Origin: Macrostomum lignano
Lineage: Eukaryota
Direction of reading: 5' to 3'
Assembly: GCA_002269645.1 (NCBI GenBank)
Contig: NIVC01000551.1
Coordinates: forward strand, 124,001-188,000
Length of the DNA stretch: 64,000 nucleotides
Under the pieces are notes generated by a model, which did no database searches, had not been told where the DNA came from, and saw nothing but the letters and a program-made list of their open reading frames with translations. Every line of letters starts with the position of its first letter. Position 1 is the stretch's first letter. Positions 1 through 11,940 of this stretch are shown piece by piece. Both the position numbers and the translations under genes were made by a program.

Positions 1-615
1 GTCAACTCTTATTCTTAGAAATGTCCACCCTAATTCTTAGAAATGTCAACTCTTATTCTTAGAAATTTCAACTCTTATTCTTAGAAATTTCAACTCTTAT
101 TCTTAGAAATATCCACCCTTATTCTCAGAAATGTCACTCTTTTCTTTGAAATGTCAACTCTTTTCTTTGAAATTTCAACTCTTTAGAAATGGCAAGTCTT
201 TTCTTAGAAATGTCAACTCTTATTCTTAGAAATGACTACCCTTATTCTTAGAAATTTCCACCCTTATTCTTAGAAATGTCAACTCTTATTCTTAGAAATT
301 TCCACCCTTATTCTTAGAAATGTCAACTCTTTTCTTTGAAATTTCAACTCTTTAGAAATGACAAGTCTTTTCTTAGAAATGTCAACTCTTATTCTTAGAA
401 ATGACTACCCTTATTCTTAGAAATGTCAACTCTTATTCTTAGAAATGTCAACTCTTATTCTTAGAAATATCCACCCTTATTCTTAGAAATGTCAATTTTT
501 TTCTTAGAAATATCAACTTATTTTTTAGAAACGTAAACTCCATTCTTCAAAATGCAACTCCATCCCTTAAAATGTCAATTCCATTCCTAGAAATGTCAAT
601 TCCATTCCTAGAAAT
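1..615. repeat. 22-bp minisatellite in an intron of the ZNFX1-like gene
   Basis: Tandem unit GTCAACTCTTATTCTTAGAAAT with variants; lies downstream of the splice donor at 714-715 on the minus strand. Confidence 0.95.
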
Positions 616-715
616 GTGTACGCTAACGTTAGAAGTTGAAAGAAACTGATTTATTCGAAATGCAGCTGCTCAATTTTAAAACTTGGATTTTACTGCAAAC
701 AATTATTGACCTTAC

Positions 716-3700
716 CTGCAGATAGTCGGCCAGCTGCGTCTCCACCTGAGCCATCGAGCCGGTGACCTTCTCCTGTAGCCAGTAGTGCAACAGGTCGCAC
801 CTCTCGCCGATGTCCAAACGCCACAGATCGCTTCGCAGAGCGGCTAGTCGTCCAGTCTGAGATGAAGCCTCCAGCATCAGGCCGCCAGCTGTCAGGCCGT
901 CTTGCTGACCAAATTTCACTACAACGTCGGTGGTTCGCTTCTTGCCTAGCTGGAACATGAAAGCGCTCTGACGCTGTTGCATAGCGAACTCAGCTGCTTC
1001 AGTGTCTTCATCATCAACTGGATCGTCTGTAGGCTGCTGCTGCTGCTGCTTCTGTTGTTGTTGTTTGTTGCTTTTAGCTTTGCCACTAAGAACCTGGCCG
1101 AAGCGTTGTTCGAAATTTGCCAGAACCCGAGCGATGTGAGATTCGACAGATTCAGCGCCTGCAGAGTTTGACGAGGCCGCCGCGGTGGCCGCATGCTGCC
1201 GACGCTCCTCCTTGTTGGGGAGCCAGCAGGCCACGGCGGTGTGAACGGCCTGACGCACTAGCGGGATATCCAGCCAGGCGGCAAGAGCTTCGGGATCCTC
1301 GATTGGCTTGCGGAGGTTTTTCCATTCTGATGGGTGAGTTGGCGGGTGAGTGGGTGATTGAGTGAGTGAGTGAGTGGATGGATGAGTGGGTGAGTGAATG
1401 AGTGGATGGATGAGTGGGTGAGTGAATGAGTGAGTGGATGGATGAGTTGGTGAGTGAATGAGTGAGTGGATGGATGAGTTGGTGAGTGAATGAGGGAGTG
1501 GATGGATGAGTTGGTGAGTGAATGAGTGAGTGGATGGATGAGTTGGTGAGTGAATGAGTGAGTGGATGGATTAGTTGGTGAGTGAATGAGTGAGTGGATG
1601 GATGAGTTGGTGAGTGAATGAGTGAGTGGATGGATGAGTTGGTGAGTGAATGAGTGAGTGGATGGATGAGTTGGTGAGTGAATGAGTGAGTGGATGGATG
1701 AGTGGGTGAGTGAATGAGTGGATGGATGAGTGGGTGAGTAAGTGAGTGAGTGGATGGATGAGTGGGTGAGTAAGTGAGTGAATGAGTGAGTGAGTGAGTG
1801 AGTGAGTGGGTGAGTGAGTGGGTGAGTGAGTGAGTGAGTGAGTGAGTGAGTGGGTGAGTGGGTGTGAGTGTGGGGTGAGTGAGTGCGAGCGAGCAGGTTG
1901 GTTGGTTCGAACGTATGAATGTACTTATTACAGTTTTGTCGCCTTGGTAACTTTTCGGGTGTTAAAGCATCTGTCTCAATTCTAAGGGTATCTTGGCGTC
2001 CTATTAAAAAAGAATGAATAAAGGTATGAAAATGAATTAGCTAATTACACATATCAAATAGCAGCCTCACCAGCAATAGCTTCCTGTCGCAGTTTTTGCT
2101 GATGCAGCACGCTGGGCCTCCAGTTAACCAACAGAGTCCGCAGCTGGGCGCGAGTGGCCGCCTCCTGCACCAGGACGCCAGGCTCAGACAGCAGTCTGCT
2201 GACGTGATTCAGCCGCGCCTTCAGCTGAGCCTGCCTCTGCCCGGCGTCTTCGTAGACGCTGTAAAACTCGTGATTAAGCGCTTTAGATTTCGGATGTTTG
2301 ACCTTGTCTTTGCGCAGTATGTTCAACGACACCTTCTCCAGCTCGGCGTTGCTGCACCGACCGCCAACCCGCACAACTTTGTCTTCCATGCCGGGCAGGG
2401 CCATGAGGTCCATGAGAAACTCGTCCAGCGCGTGGTTCTTGTAGGACATGACTAGCACGGGACCGTGGGGCAGGGTTGGCAGCGCCAATATCTGACGAAT
2501 CAATAGTACACCTAGGAAACTTTTGCCGGTGCCTGGAGGGCCCTGGATTAAGGCCACTTTATGGTGCAAAGCGTTGGTTAGAGCTTCCTTCTGACACGGA
2601 TCCAGGGTGATGGAGCCAGTGGATATCGTTGGCAGAGGCGGCTCGCCAAGTCTGGTGTAAACAAAATTAGGTCTCGGGTTCGATTCCTACGTCCTATTTG
2701 ATTTGCACTATTCATTTCATTCATCACAATCCGCCCCTCCATCACAATCCACCCCTCCATCACAATACACCCTCTCATCACAATCCGCCCCTCCATCACA
2801 ATACACCCTCTCATCACAATCCGCCCCTCCATCACAATACACCCTCTCATCACAATCCGCCCCTCCATCACAATCCACCCCTCCATCACAATACACCCTC
2901 TCATCACAATCCGCCCCTCCATCACAATCCACCCCTCCATCACAATACACCCTCTCATCACAATCCACCCCTCCATCACAATACACCCTCTCATCACAAT
3001 CCGCCCCTCCATCACAATACACCCTCTCATCACAATCCGCCCCTCCATCACAATCCACCCTCTCATCACAATCCGCCAACATCCGCCCCATCAGAATCCG
3101 CCAACATCCACCCCCATCAGAATCCACTAACATCCGCCCCCCATCAGAATCCGCCAACATCCGCCCCCATCAAAATCCGCCAACATCCGCCCCCATCAGA
3201 ATTCGCCAACATCGGCCCCCATCAGAATCCGCCAACATCCGCCCCAGTCACAATCCGCCAACATCCGCCCTCATCAAAATCCGCCCCCATCAAAATCCGC
3301 CAACATCCGCCCCCATCAGAATTCGCCAACATCGGCCCCCATCAGAATCCGCCAACATCCGCCCCAGTCACAATCCGCCAACATCCGCCCTCATCAAAAT
3401 CCGCCCCCATCAAAATCCGCCAACATCCGCCCCCATCAGAATTCGCCAACATCGGCCCCCATCAGAATCCGCCAACATCCGCCCCAGTCACAATCCGCCA
3501 ACATCCGCCCCCATCAAAATCCGCCCCATCAAAATCCGCCAACATCCGCCCCCATCAGAATTCGCCAACATCGGCCCCCATCAGAATCCGCCAACATCCG
3601 CCCCATCAGAATCCGCCAACATCCGCCCCCATCCGCAACCCACGAACAGCACAGAAAGTGCTATGTCCGACAGGAAACCAACCCATAGTATTCCTGGATG

Positions 3701-6700
3701 TACTGCGGCCTCTCGCTCGCCTCGCTCATGTCGGCGTCGACCAACACGGAGCGAAACGGCGGCAGTTGTCGTCGCCTTGAAATTGTTGTAGCGCTCAAGC
3801 CGGCGCCGCACGCCTGCAAACTGCGCAGCACTGGTTCGAAAGCGCGAAACAGAGACGGCGACTCGGCCATCAGGGTGGTGCCGGCAGGGGTTGCGCCGAC
3901 CAGGGCCTGCAGAGCCGAGGTGTCCGTCAGGTTGCCGCTGACACCTGCGTGATTGTTTTGTAACTAATCTGGTCACTGATTCTGACAATAGTCTTGTCAC
4001 TGATTCTGACTAATGTTGTCACTAAATATGTCGATGAATTTGACGCTAAATTTGTCGATGTTTTTGTCGCTAAATTTATCGATGTTTTTGTCGCTAAATA
4101 TGTCAAAGAGGTTGTCGCTAAATATGTCGATAAAGTTGTCACTAAATATGTCGATGAGGTTGTCGCTAAACATGTCGATAAGGTTGTCGCTAAATATGTC
4201 GATAAGGTTGTCGCTAAATATGTCGATAAGGTTGTCGCTAAATATATCTGCGGCAAATTTAACCGCAAATTGTCCTCACCAGCTCCACCGCAGCCCAGCT
4301 CCAGCCACACCACCGAGTGCTTCTCCAATTCGTCGATATTTCTATCGCAAACTGTCGCCCAGATCAGCGGGCACCGACCGCCTTCAGGATCGAATCGACC
4401 GTTGGTTGACAGACAAACCAGATTGCCCTGCATCAGCCGGCTAGACTTTCGCCAATTCGTCATCATACTTGACCGATTGCCGCCTCCAAGATTGTTGAGC
4501 TCGGTAAATTGCACAGCCACTGACAGAGGGCAGCCGTGCATGCTCAAACGGACGGCCCAGACTCGAACCCGGCCGTACAGGGGCATGTCGCGGGGGTCGA
4601 GTTTACCAGCTCGATAGTCCGCTATGCCGGAGACAATCTTTTCGAAACAGTCGGCTCGGTAGAGTCTGGAGATTAGATTTTGAAATCTCACCCCTGAGAC
4701 TGAGTGTGGATTTTTAAATCACATCCCTGAGACTGATTGTGAATTTTGAAATCTCACCCCTAAGACTGAATATCGATTTTGAAATCTAATCTCTAAGACT
4801 GATTGTGGATTTTAAAATCTCAGCCCAGAGACTGACTGTGGATTTTGAAATCTCACCCGAGACTGAGTGTGGATTTCGAAATCTCACCCCTGAGACTGAC
4901 TGTCGATTTTGAAATCTCATCCCTAAGACTGAATATCGATTTTGAAATCTCATCCCTAAAACTGAATATCGATTTTGAAATCTCATCTCTAAGACTGATT
5001 GTGGATTTTAAAATCTCAGCCCAGAGACTGACTGTGGATTTTGAAATCTCACCCCTAAGACTGAATATCGATTTTGAAATCTCATCTCTAAGACTGATTG
5101 TGGATTTTAAAATCTCAGCCCAGAGACTGACTGTGGATTTTGAAATCTCACCCGAGACTGAGTGTGGATTTCGAAATCTCACCCCTGAGACTGACTGTCG
5201 ATTTTGAAATCTCATCCCTAAGACTGAATATCGATTTTGAAATCTCACCCCTAAAACTGAATATCGATTTTGAAATCTCATCTCTAAGACTGACTGTGGA
5301 TTTTAAAATCTCAGCCCAGAGACTGACTGTGGATTTTGAAATCTCACCCGAGACTGAGTGTGGATTTCGAAATCTCACCCCTGAGACTGACTGTCGATTT
5401 TGAAATCTCATCCCTAAGACTGAATATCGATTTTGAAATCTCACCCCTAAAACTGAATATCGATTTTGAAATCTCATCTCTAAGACTGATTGTGGATTTT
5501 AAAATCTCACCCCAGAGACTGACTGTCGATTTTGAAATCTCACCCCTAAGACTGATTGTGGATTTTGAAATCTCACCCCTGAGACTGACTATCGATTTTG
5601 AACTCTCACCCCTAAGACTGATTGTGAATTTTGAAATCTCACCCCTGAGACTGACTGTCGATTTTGAAATCTCACCCCTAAGACTGATTATCGATTTTGA
5701 AATCTCATCTCTGAGTCTAATTATCGATTTTGAAATCTCATCTCTGAGACTGATTGTGGATTTTAAAATCTCACCCCTGAGACTCACTATTTATTTTGAA
5801 ATCTCACCCATGAGAGGAAAACGAGTCGCACAAAAATCTCATCCATGAGATTAGATCAGAAAGCAAAATCTCATTCGTGAGTTGATGAAGCACACAATTG
5901 CTCACCTGAAATAAGTATCATAATAATGATCGGCATTCCTATACGGCCCCTTAACAACCACGGGTTCCAGACCGCGCAGGTAGCCAGACTCTTTCAACAG
6001 TTCGTCGTCGCTCGGCACCGGCTGCAGTTCCAACCAGGCGCCTTCGCGGTCTCGCCGACCGCCTTGATCGTCGTCCTCGTCTCGCAGATCCTCATCGTCG
6101 AGGCCAAGATCCGGCAGTCGGCTGCCCATCTGTCGGCGAAGCAGGCCCAGCAGTAGACTGGAAATTCCTTGCTCGTCCTTGTCGTTATTGTCGTCAGGGT
6201 CGTTCGACGCTTTCTTAGAATTCTTAGAAACAGGCTTCGACAGGGACGGGGCTGCGCTGGCGAAGGCCGCTGCGGCAACCACGTGAGCCAGCTGGGGCAA
6301 GTAGGCCGCCGTTCTGCGCTGGTCGCTGGTGCACAGGCGGACGAAAGCGCCGATGCTCTCAACGGCGTTGGGAAGTCGACGGTACTGGGCAATTTGGAAC
6401 AATTGTACGAGAAAGGAAACTTCAGTCCATTAGCAACTTTGGGGCAGAGCAGCCTTGCGGTGTGCACTTTTTAAGCGCCATCTGACAACCCCAAAGTGAA
6501 TCGCTTTTTGAGCGCCATCTGACAACTCCAAAGTCAATCGCTTTTTAAACGCCATCTGACAACTCCAAAGTCAAGCGCTTTTCAAGCGCTATCTGACAAC
6601 ACAAGATTCGACGCTTTTTAAGCGCCATCTGACAACTCCAAAGTCAAGCGCTTTTTAAGCGCCATCTGACGACACAAGATTCGACGCTTTTTAAGCGCCA

Positions 6701-9389
6701 TCTGACAACCCCAAAGTGAATCGCTTTTTGAGCGCCATCTGACAACTCCAAAGTCAATCGCTTTTTAAACGCCATCTGACAACTCCAAAGTCAAGCGCTT
6801 TTCAAGCGCTATCTGACAACACAAGATTCGACGCTTTTTAAGCGCCATCTGACAACTCCAAAGTCAAGCGCTTTTTAAGCGCCATCTGACGACACAAGAT
6901 TCGACGCTTTTTAAGCGCCATCTGACAACTCCAAAGTCAAGCGCTTCTTAAGCGCCATCTGACAACTCCAAAGTAAAGCGCTTTTCAAGCGCCATCTGAC
7001 AACACAAGATTCGACGCTTTTTAAGCGCCATCTGACAACTCCAAAGTCAAGCGCTTTTCAAGCGCCATCTGACAACTCCAAAGTCAAGCGCTTTTTAAGG
7101 CGCCATCTGACAACCCCAGTCAACCGCTATTGAAGCGCCATCTGACAACCCCGAATCGACGCTTTAAGCGCCACCCGACAATCTTAATTCGGCGCTTTTT
7201 AGGCGCCATCTGTCGAACCAGAATTTAGCGCTTTTAGGCGCCATCTGACAACTCGAATTCTCGAAGTTAAAACTACCTACTCAAAGTAGTTAAATTAAAT
7301 CAAGCACTCAATTACTAAGACAAGCTTAATTCTAAACTAACCAATGCTTTTCGCAGAGCAGACAGAAAGTAATTCTTTCCAATAAATACTTCGCCACCGC
7401 GATGGCGCTCCTGCTGCTGGTGCTGGTATCGATTGGGATGAAACTGCCACAGCTGCATCTGCTGCTGCTGCTCAGATGGCAGCTGAGGCAGCAGCTGGGT
7501 CAGGCAGGCTCCAATGCAGGCAGAGAACTGAGCCATGGCTCCGCTAGATAGCTCGGGCAGCAGGGAGCAGAGTCTCAATCCGACCTCTGGGCTCAGCTCG
7601 TGACAGCCAATCAGCGAGCGCCAGGTTTGCTTGGCTCGCAGAGAGCCAATCAGCGCTTCGAAATCTTTGTCGGCTTCTTCGGCTGAGTTCGACGCGATTT
7701 CTGCATGGAGCATGGGGAGAATTCTTTGGGAGATCTAACCAAAGTGGGAGATTTGTATATCGGAAACCTCATTGGGGATTAATATATGGGAAATCTCATA
7801 GGGGAGATTGATCTCTATGGGAAATCTTATGGGGAGATGTATATATGATATCCTATTGGGGAGATTTCTATCGGAATTCTTACGGGGGAGATTTGTGCAT
7901 AGGAAATCTTATGAGGGAGACTTCTATCGGAAATCTTACGGGGGAGATTTGTGCATAGGAAATCTTGAGGGAGACTTCTATCGGAAATCTTACGGGGGAG
8001 ATTTGCTTATAAGTAATCTCATGAGGGAGATTTCTATGAGAAATCTCATTGGGAGGGGGGTTTAAATATAGAAAATCTCATGAGAGAGAACTACATATGG
8101 GAATCTCAAGGGGAAAATTTGTATAGGAAATCTCTTGGAGACATTAAAACAGGCACAAACCTGCTTCTTCTCCTTCAAGCTGAGGCTTCACTCTTCTTCG
8201 CCACAAATTCAGCAGCCAGTCAATGTGCTGCAGCCAATCAGAATTGCTTCTGGGAGCTAATTCTAACAAAGAAGGTCGCATTGCTCGATAAGTATTGCTG
8301 TCATGGGCGTTCTGCTCGTCCTCAACCAAACGAAAGCTGAGCAAGTCGCCCTCTTTAGCAGCTAGTCCTCCTAGTCCTCGAACTTCGGACCACAGGAAGT
8401 AGGCAGACTTTGGAGTGTCCTAAATTGTATATAAGGTTAATGAGTTTTGTTGCGATTAATTCGGCATAACTGACAATGCTTGATATGGTTGCTAAGATGT
8501 TTGAGATGGCTGCTAAGCTGCTTGAGATGTGTTGCTAAGGTGCTCGAGAATTGCTTGATATGGTTGCTAAGCTGCTTGAGACTGTTGCTAAGGTATTTGA
8601 GACTGTTTCTAAGCTGCTCGATATTGTTGCTAAGGTGTTTTACAGACTTTCTAAGGTGTTTTAAATTGTTGCTATGGTGCTCGAGATTTGCTTGAGATTG
8701 TTGCTAAGGTGTTTGAGATGGTTAATAAGCTGCTTGAGATTGTTGCTAAGCTGTTTGAAATAGTTGCAAAGCTGCTTGAGATTGTTACTATGGTGCTTGA
8801 GATTAGCTTGAGACTGTTGCTAAGGTGTTTGAGATGGTTGCTAAGGTGCTCGAGATGGTTGCTAAGGTGCTGACTGCTGCTAAGGTGAACTAAGTTAACA
8901 AGGGTGCTAAGGTTAACAACTGAAATTTTTGCTAAGGTGTTTAGGATAATTGCTAAGCTGCTTTTGGTTCTGGAGGATTAATCAAGTGCCATCGAAGAGA
9001 AGGTCATAAAAATAGAGCTAGTATTTACTAACACCTACTTGTTCAGGAGCATTTCCAGCTATCAAAGGGTCTTCGGAATCGGAATCTTCAACAACAAGAG
9101 CTGCCTCCTCTGCAACTCCTGTTTCTGTTCCATCTGGAGATGCCAAGCCTGCAGTGCCTACAGCCTGTGAAACACTGGGCCGAACTGGGAAGCCTAGCAA
9201 CTCCACTCGTCCACTGCGATTATCAAAATCTGATTCCAAAACTCGGCCCTTAAATCGATGAAGACGCTGACTGTGGAGGCGTTCAGCTTCAGCTGCCGCA
9301 GCCTCTGCTGCAATCAACTCATTCTCCACCTTAGCTTTGGCCTGGTCCTCAGCAGCTGCAGCTGCATGTACTCTTATAAGTCTTCTCAT
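716..9389 (-). CDS. ZNFX1: ZNFX1-like (NFX1-type zinc finger-containing protein 1) Upf1-like SF1 RNA helicase; 3' part lies outside the window
   Basis: Inferred exons: 9389-9039, 8419-8161, 7700-7342, ~6475-5906, 4665-4280, 3944-3683, 2651-2071, 1326-716. All are GT-AG and phase-compatible except the exon 3/4 junction. Motifs: HYYDTYFR|LYRADCF (ZNFX1 YLDTHFRLLRED-like), SRLMQGNLVCLS, MAESPSLFRAFEPVLRSLQ, LDPCQKEALTNALHHKVALIQGPPGTGKS (Walker A), PVLVMSYKNHALDEFL, VVRVGGR. Confidence 0.85.
1365..1890. repeat. GAGT/GGAT compound microsatellite (intronic)
   Basis: (GAGT)n/(GGAT)n with a higher-order unit of about 28 bp. Confidence 0.95.
2722..3635. repeat. Compound intronic minisatellite (18-bp unit, then ~26-bp unit)
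   Basis: CATCACAATCCGCCCCTC repeats to ~3070, then CATCAGAATCCGCCAACATCCGCCCC-type units. Confidence 0.95.
3995..4250. repeat. 24-bp intronic minisatellite
   Basis: Unit GTTGTCGCTAAATATGTCGATAAG. Confidence 0.9.
4680..5812. repeat. 33-bp intronic minisatellite
   Basis: Unit approximately GATTTTGAAATCTCACCCCTAAGACTGACTGTC, with higher-order blocks. Confidence 0.95.
6472..7255. repeat. 37-bp intronic minisatellite
   Basis: Unit GCGCCATCTGACAACTCCAAAGTCAAGCGCTTTTTAA. Confidence 0.95.
7745..8140. repeat. Degenerate intronic tandem repeat
   Basis: Recurring GGGAGATTT...GGAAATCT motifs. Confidence 0.7.
8480..8960. repeat. Degenerate ~21-bp intronic tandem repeat
   Basis: Recurring TTGCTAAGGTGTTTGAGATGG / TTGCTAAGCTGCTTGAGA. 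Confidence 0.8.
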
Positions 9390-10239
9390 GAAACGTGTTT
9401 AAAAAACAATTTGTTTAAACTTCAAAAGGCAAAACAAAAAGCTGAAATTTAGCAACTATGCTAGCTATACCTGCAGCCTGCATTAACTATTGGATAAAAC
9501 AAATTTCTAATGCATAGATTATGCAAAAGGATAAAGTTAAACAAGTGAAATTGATAGGTCAAATAGGTCAAGCAAATGATGCAAGGTCACGAAGTATTAA
9601 CTTAAATGCTTCTAGACTAAACTTACTATCTATATACTGCCTATATAAAGGAAAAATGCTAATTTCAGAGTTAGACTAAAAATAATATTTTTTCTATTGC
9701 TAACACTGATAACTGAATTAAAGTATTCAAATTTTATAGTGTATTGTTTTTATTATTAAGACATTATAAAAATATTAGACTTGAAAAGTTCTAACAAAAT
9801 AAAATATAATAGCTTAGACTAAGCTTAATAATAACCTCTCAAAATAAAAGAATGAGGCCTAACACCTTTATTAATATATAAGGGATAAACATGATAAAAT
9901 ATTTTAACATTTTATACATTAAGCAATAGTCAAACTAAGTATATTAGACACATATCTATCTACCTAAGTGAGAGCTAGAAAACTAGTATAATATAGTAAG
10001 CTAAAGTCTTGCTTTTGAATAGTTGACAGAATAGTTGACAGATGAAAAAGTTAATGAAAAAAATTTTTATGGAAAAGTTTATGGCCAAAGTTATATTTGC
10101 CATGAATTTAATGTAATAGTTTATTAATGATATTGTATTGTATATATTTTTAAATCAGCTATAAATCAAACGTTTGGTTGATTGTGTTTGAAGATGGTTG
10201 ATTAATCAAAACTTTGATTTATCGCTGCGTCTTTATGCT

Positions 10240-10482
10240 TCAATCATTTGCTCTGAAACTTTTATCACTTATTGACACATTTCTCAGCTTTGCTATGACA
10301 TCTTTTAGACACATGATTGTCTTTTGTATTTCCCGAGATATTTGCTTCCAAAGTGTGTTTGTAAGGGGTGCCATTGAATTCGTCTTTTGACACACTTTAC
10401 ATTCATGCCATTGTTTTTTCTTTAGGACAGAAAATTTATGCAGATAAAATATTAAAGCTGAATGTGGCATCAAGGAGAGCAT
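10240..10482 (-). mobile_element. Possible decayed BED-zinc-finger (hAT-like) transposase fragment
   Basis: WHECKVCQKTNSMAPLTNTLWKQI resembles the CxxC...TxxLxxH BED finger; AT-rich context; no further domains found. Confidence 0.3.
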
Positions 10483-11940
10483 CCCAAAACATTAATTCAT
10501 TTTTTGTTCAAATTATCTACTCGAAGGAAAAAAATATGTCGAGTAACCCACACCTAGTATGAAACTAGAGCGTAATAGACAAGCATACAAACCTTAGAGA
10601 TTTAGTATATTTAGACTGTATGACTGAAGGGATGTAGTCGTAGTGTAAATCAAATCTATCAATCAATCATCAATTGTGCTCATTATTTTCTAAGAAAAAC
10701 GTATTTTTAAAAATATACTTTTTTCGCTTTCAAGTTTGCAGTAGTCGATAATATACTTGTGTAGAAAGAAATTTTATATTTATCAACTATAAATTAACAA
10801 TGAAAAATTTTAAATACTTTTTAATTAGGCTTTTATACATTTATAAATATAATTTCTTATAACTGTTTGATATATTCTAGATTTACAATTTCATTCCGTG
10901 ATTCTTAAAATTGAATTATTTATGCGCATTACGCATACATACATAAATATATATTTTAGAATTTCGTATTCAAGTGACATTTCAATGCTGTAATACTATT
11001 TTTACTATGGAAAACGTACAGATCTTATAAAATTAACTATAGCTATAAATGTAGCATTTCGCTAGCATAAAAAGTTCAAAGATTTTTATGCCTCTACATG
11101 GTACAATAATTCCATTCCAAACAGTTTTGAACGTTATTATTAAATGATTATGAATAGCTTCCGAATTCTGTTCAAATACTTCGTTCAGATTTTAACAGAG
11201 CTTTATTGAAATTTAAAAAGAACAATTGACATAAAGAGTTGATCAGAAGTTACTCACACGAAAAAGACATATATAGTACGTAGATAATAACATTAGTGTA
11301 CAATTTCGTAATAAGTTCAGCTGTACAAATAACTGTACATGCATTTACCAAGGACGACTTGAGTAGAAGGACGGGAAACCTCGTCTCTTTACGAGGTTTA
11401 CGAGGAAGTTTTCATTTTTTCAGCACAAAAATTGTTATTGCTTTTAATAGGAGGCGGATCCAGTGTTCATCTTTTGATATGTTGTGCCTTTCTTATTGCT
11501 CCATCGATATTCATAAAGCTTTTCGTTCAGAAAAGTATGATTCTATGTGAATTTTTAATTCTACGTGTACATTTGCACGTGTCTTGTGCGTAAAAACCAT
11601 TGAAATGGCACAGCTAGCTCGGCTCTTTGGTTTTATGAGTCTATTTTATCATTCTTAGCTGACTGTGTAACAAAAAACTTGTAGCAGAGATGATAAAATA
11701 GATTCATAATACCAAAGATTCGAGCTGTGTCATGCATTTTTATGCTTTTAGGTACAGGAAATGTACGTATAATAAAAAATTAACATAGAATTCTAATTTT
11801 CTGAACAAAAAGCCTCATGAATATCGATAGAGCAATAAGAAAGGCACAACAAATTGTGTTTTGGTGTAATTTTTACAACTATACTGCCTGGCATCTTTGA
11901 TTAAACCCAAAGTCCATTTACATGGACAGCATGATAAGGT

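Noticed and set aside
2671-2690. B-box-like GGTTCGATTCC
   Set aside because: No A box or cloverleaf; at most a SINE/tRNA scrap beside an intron branch point.
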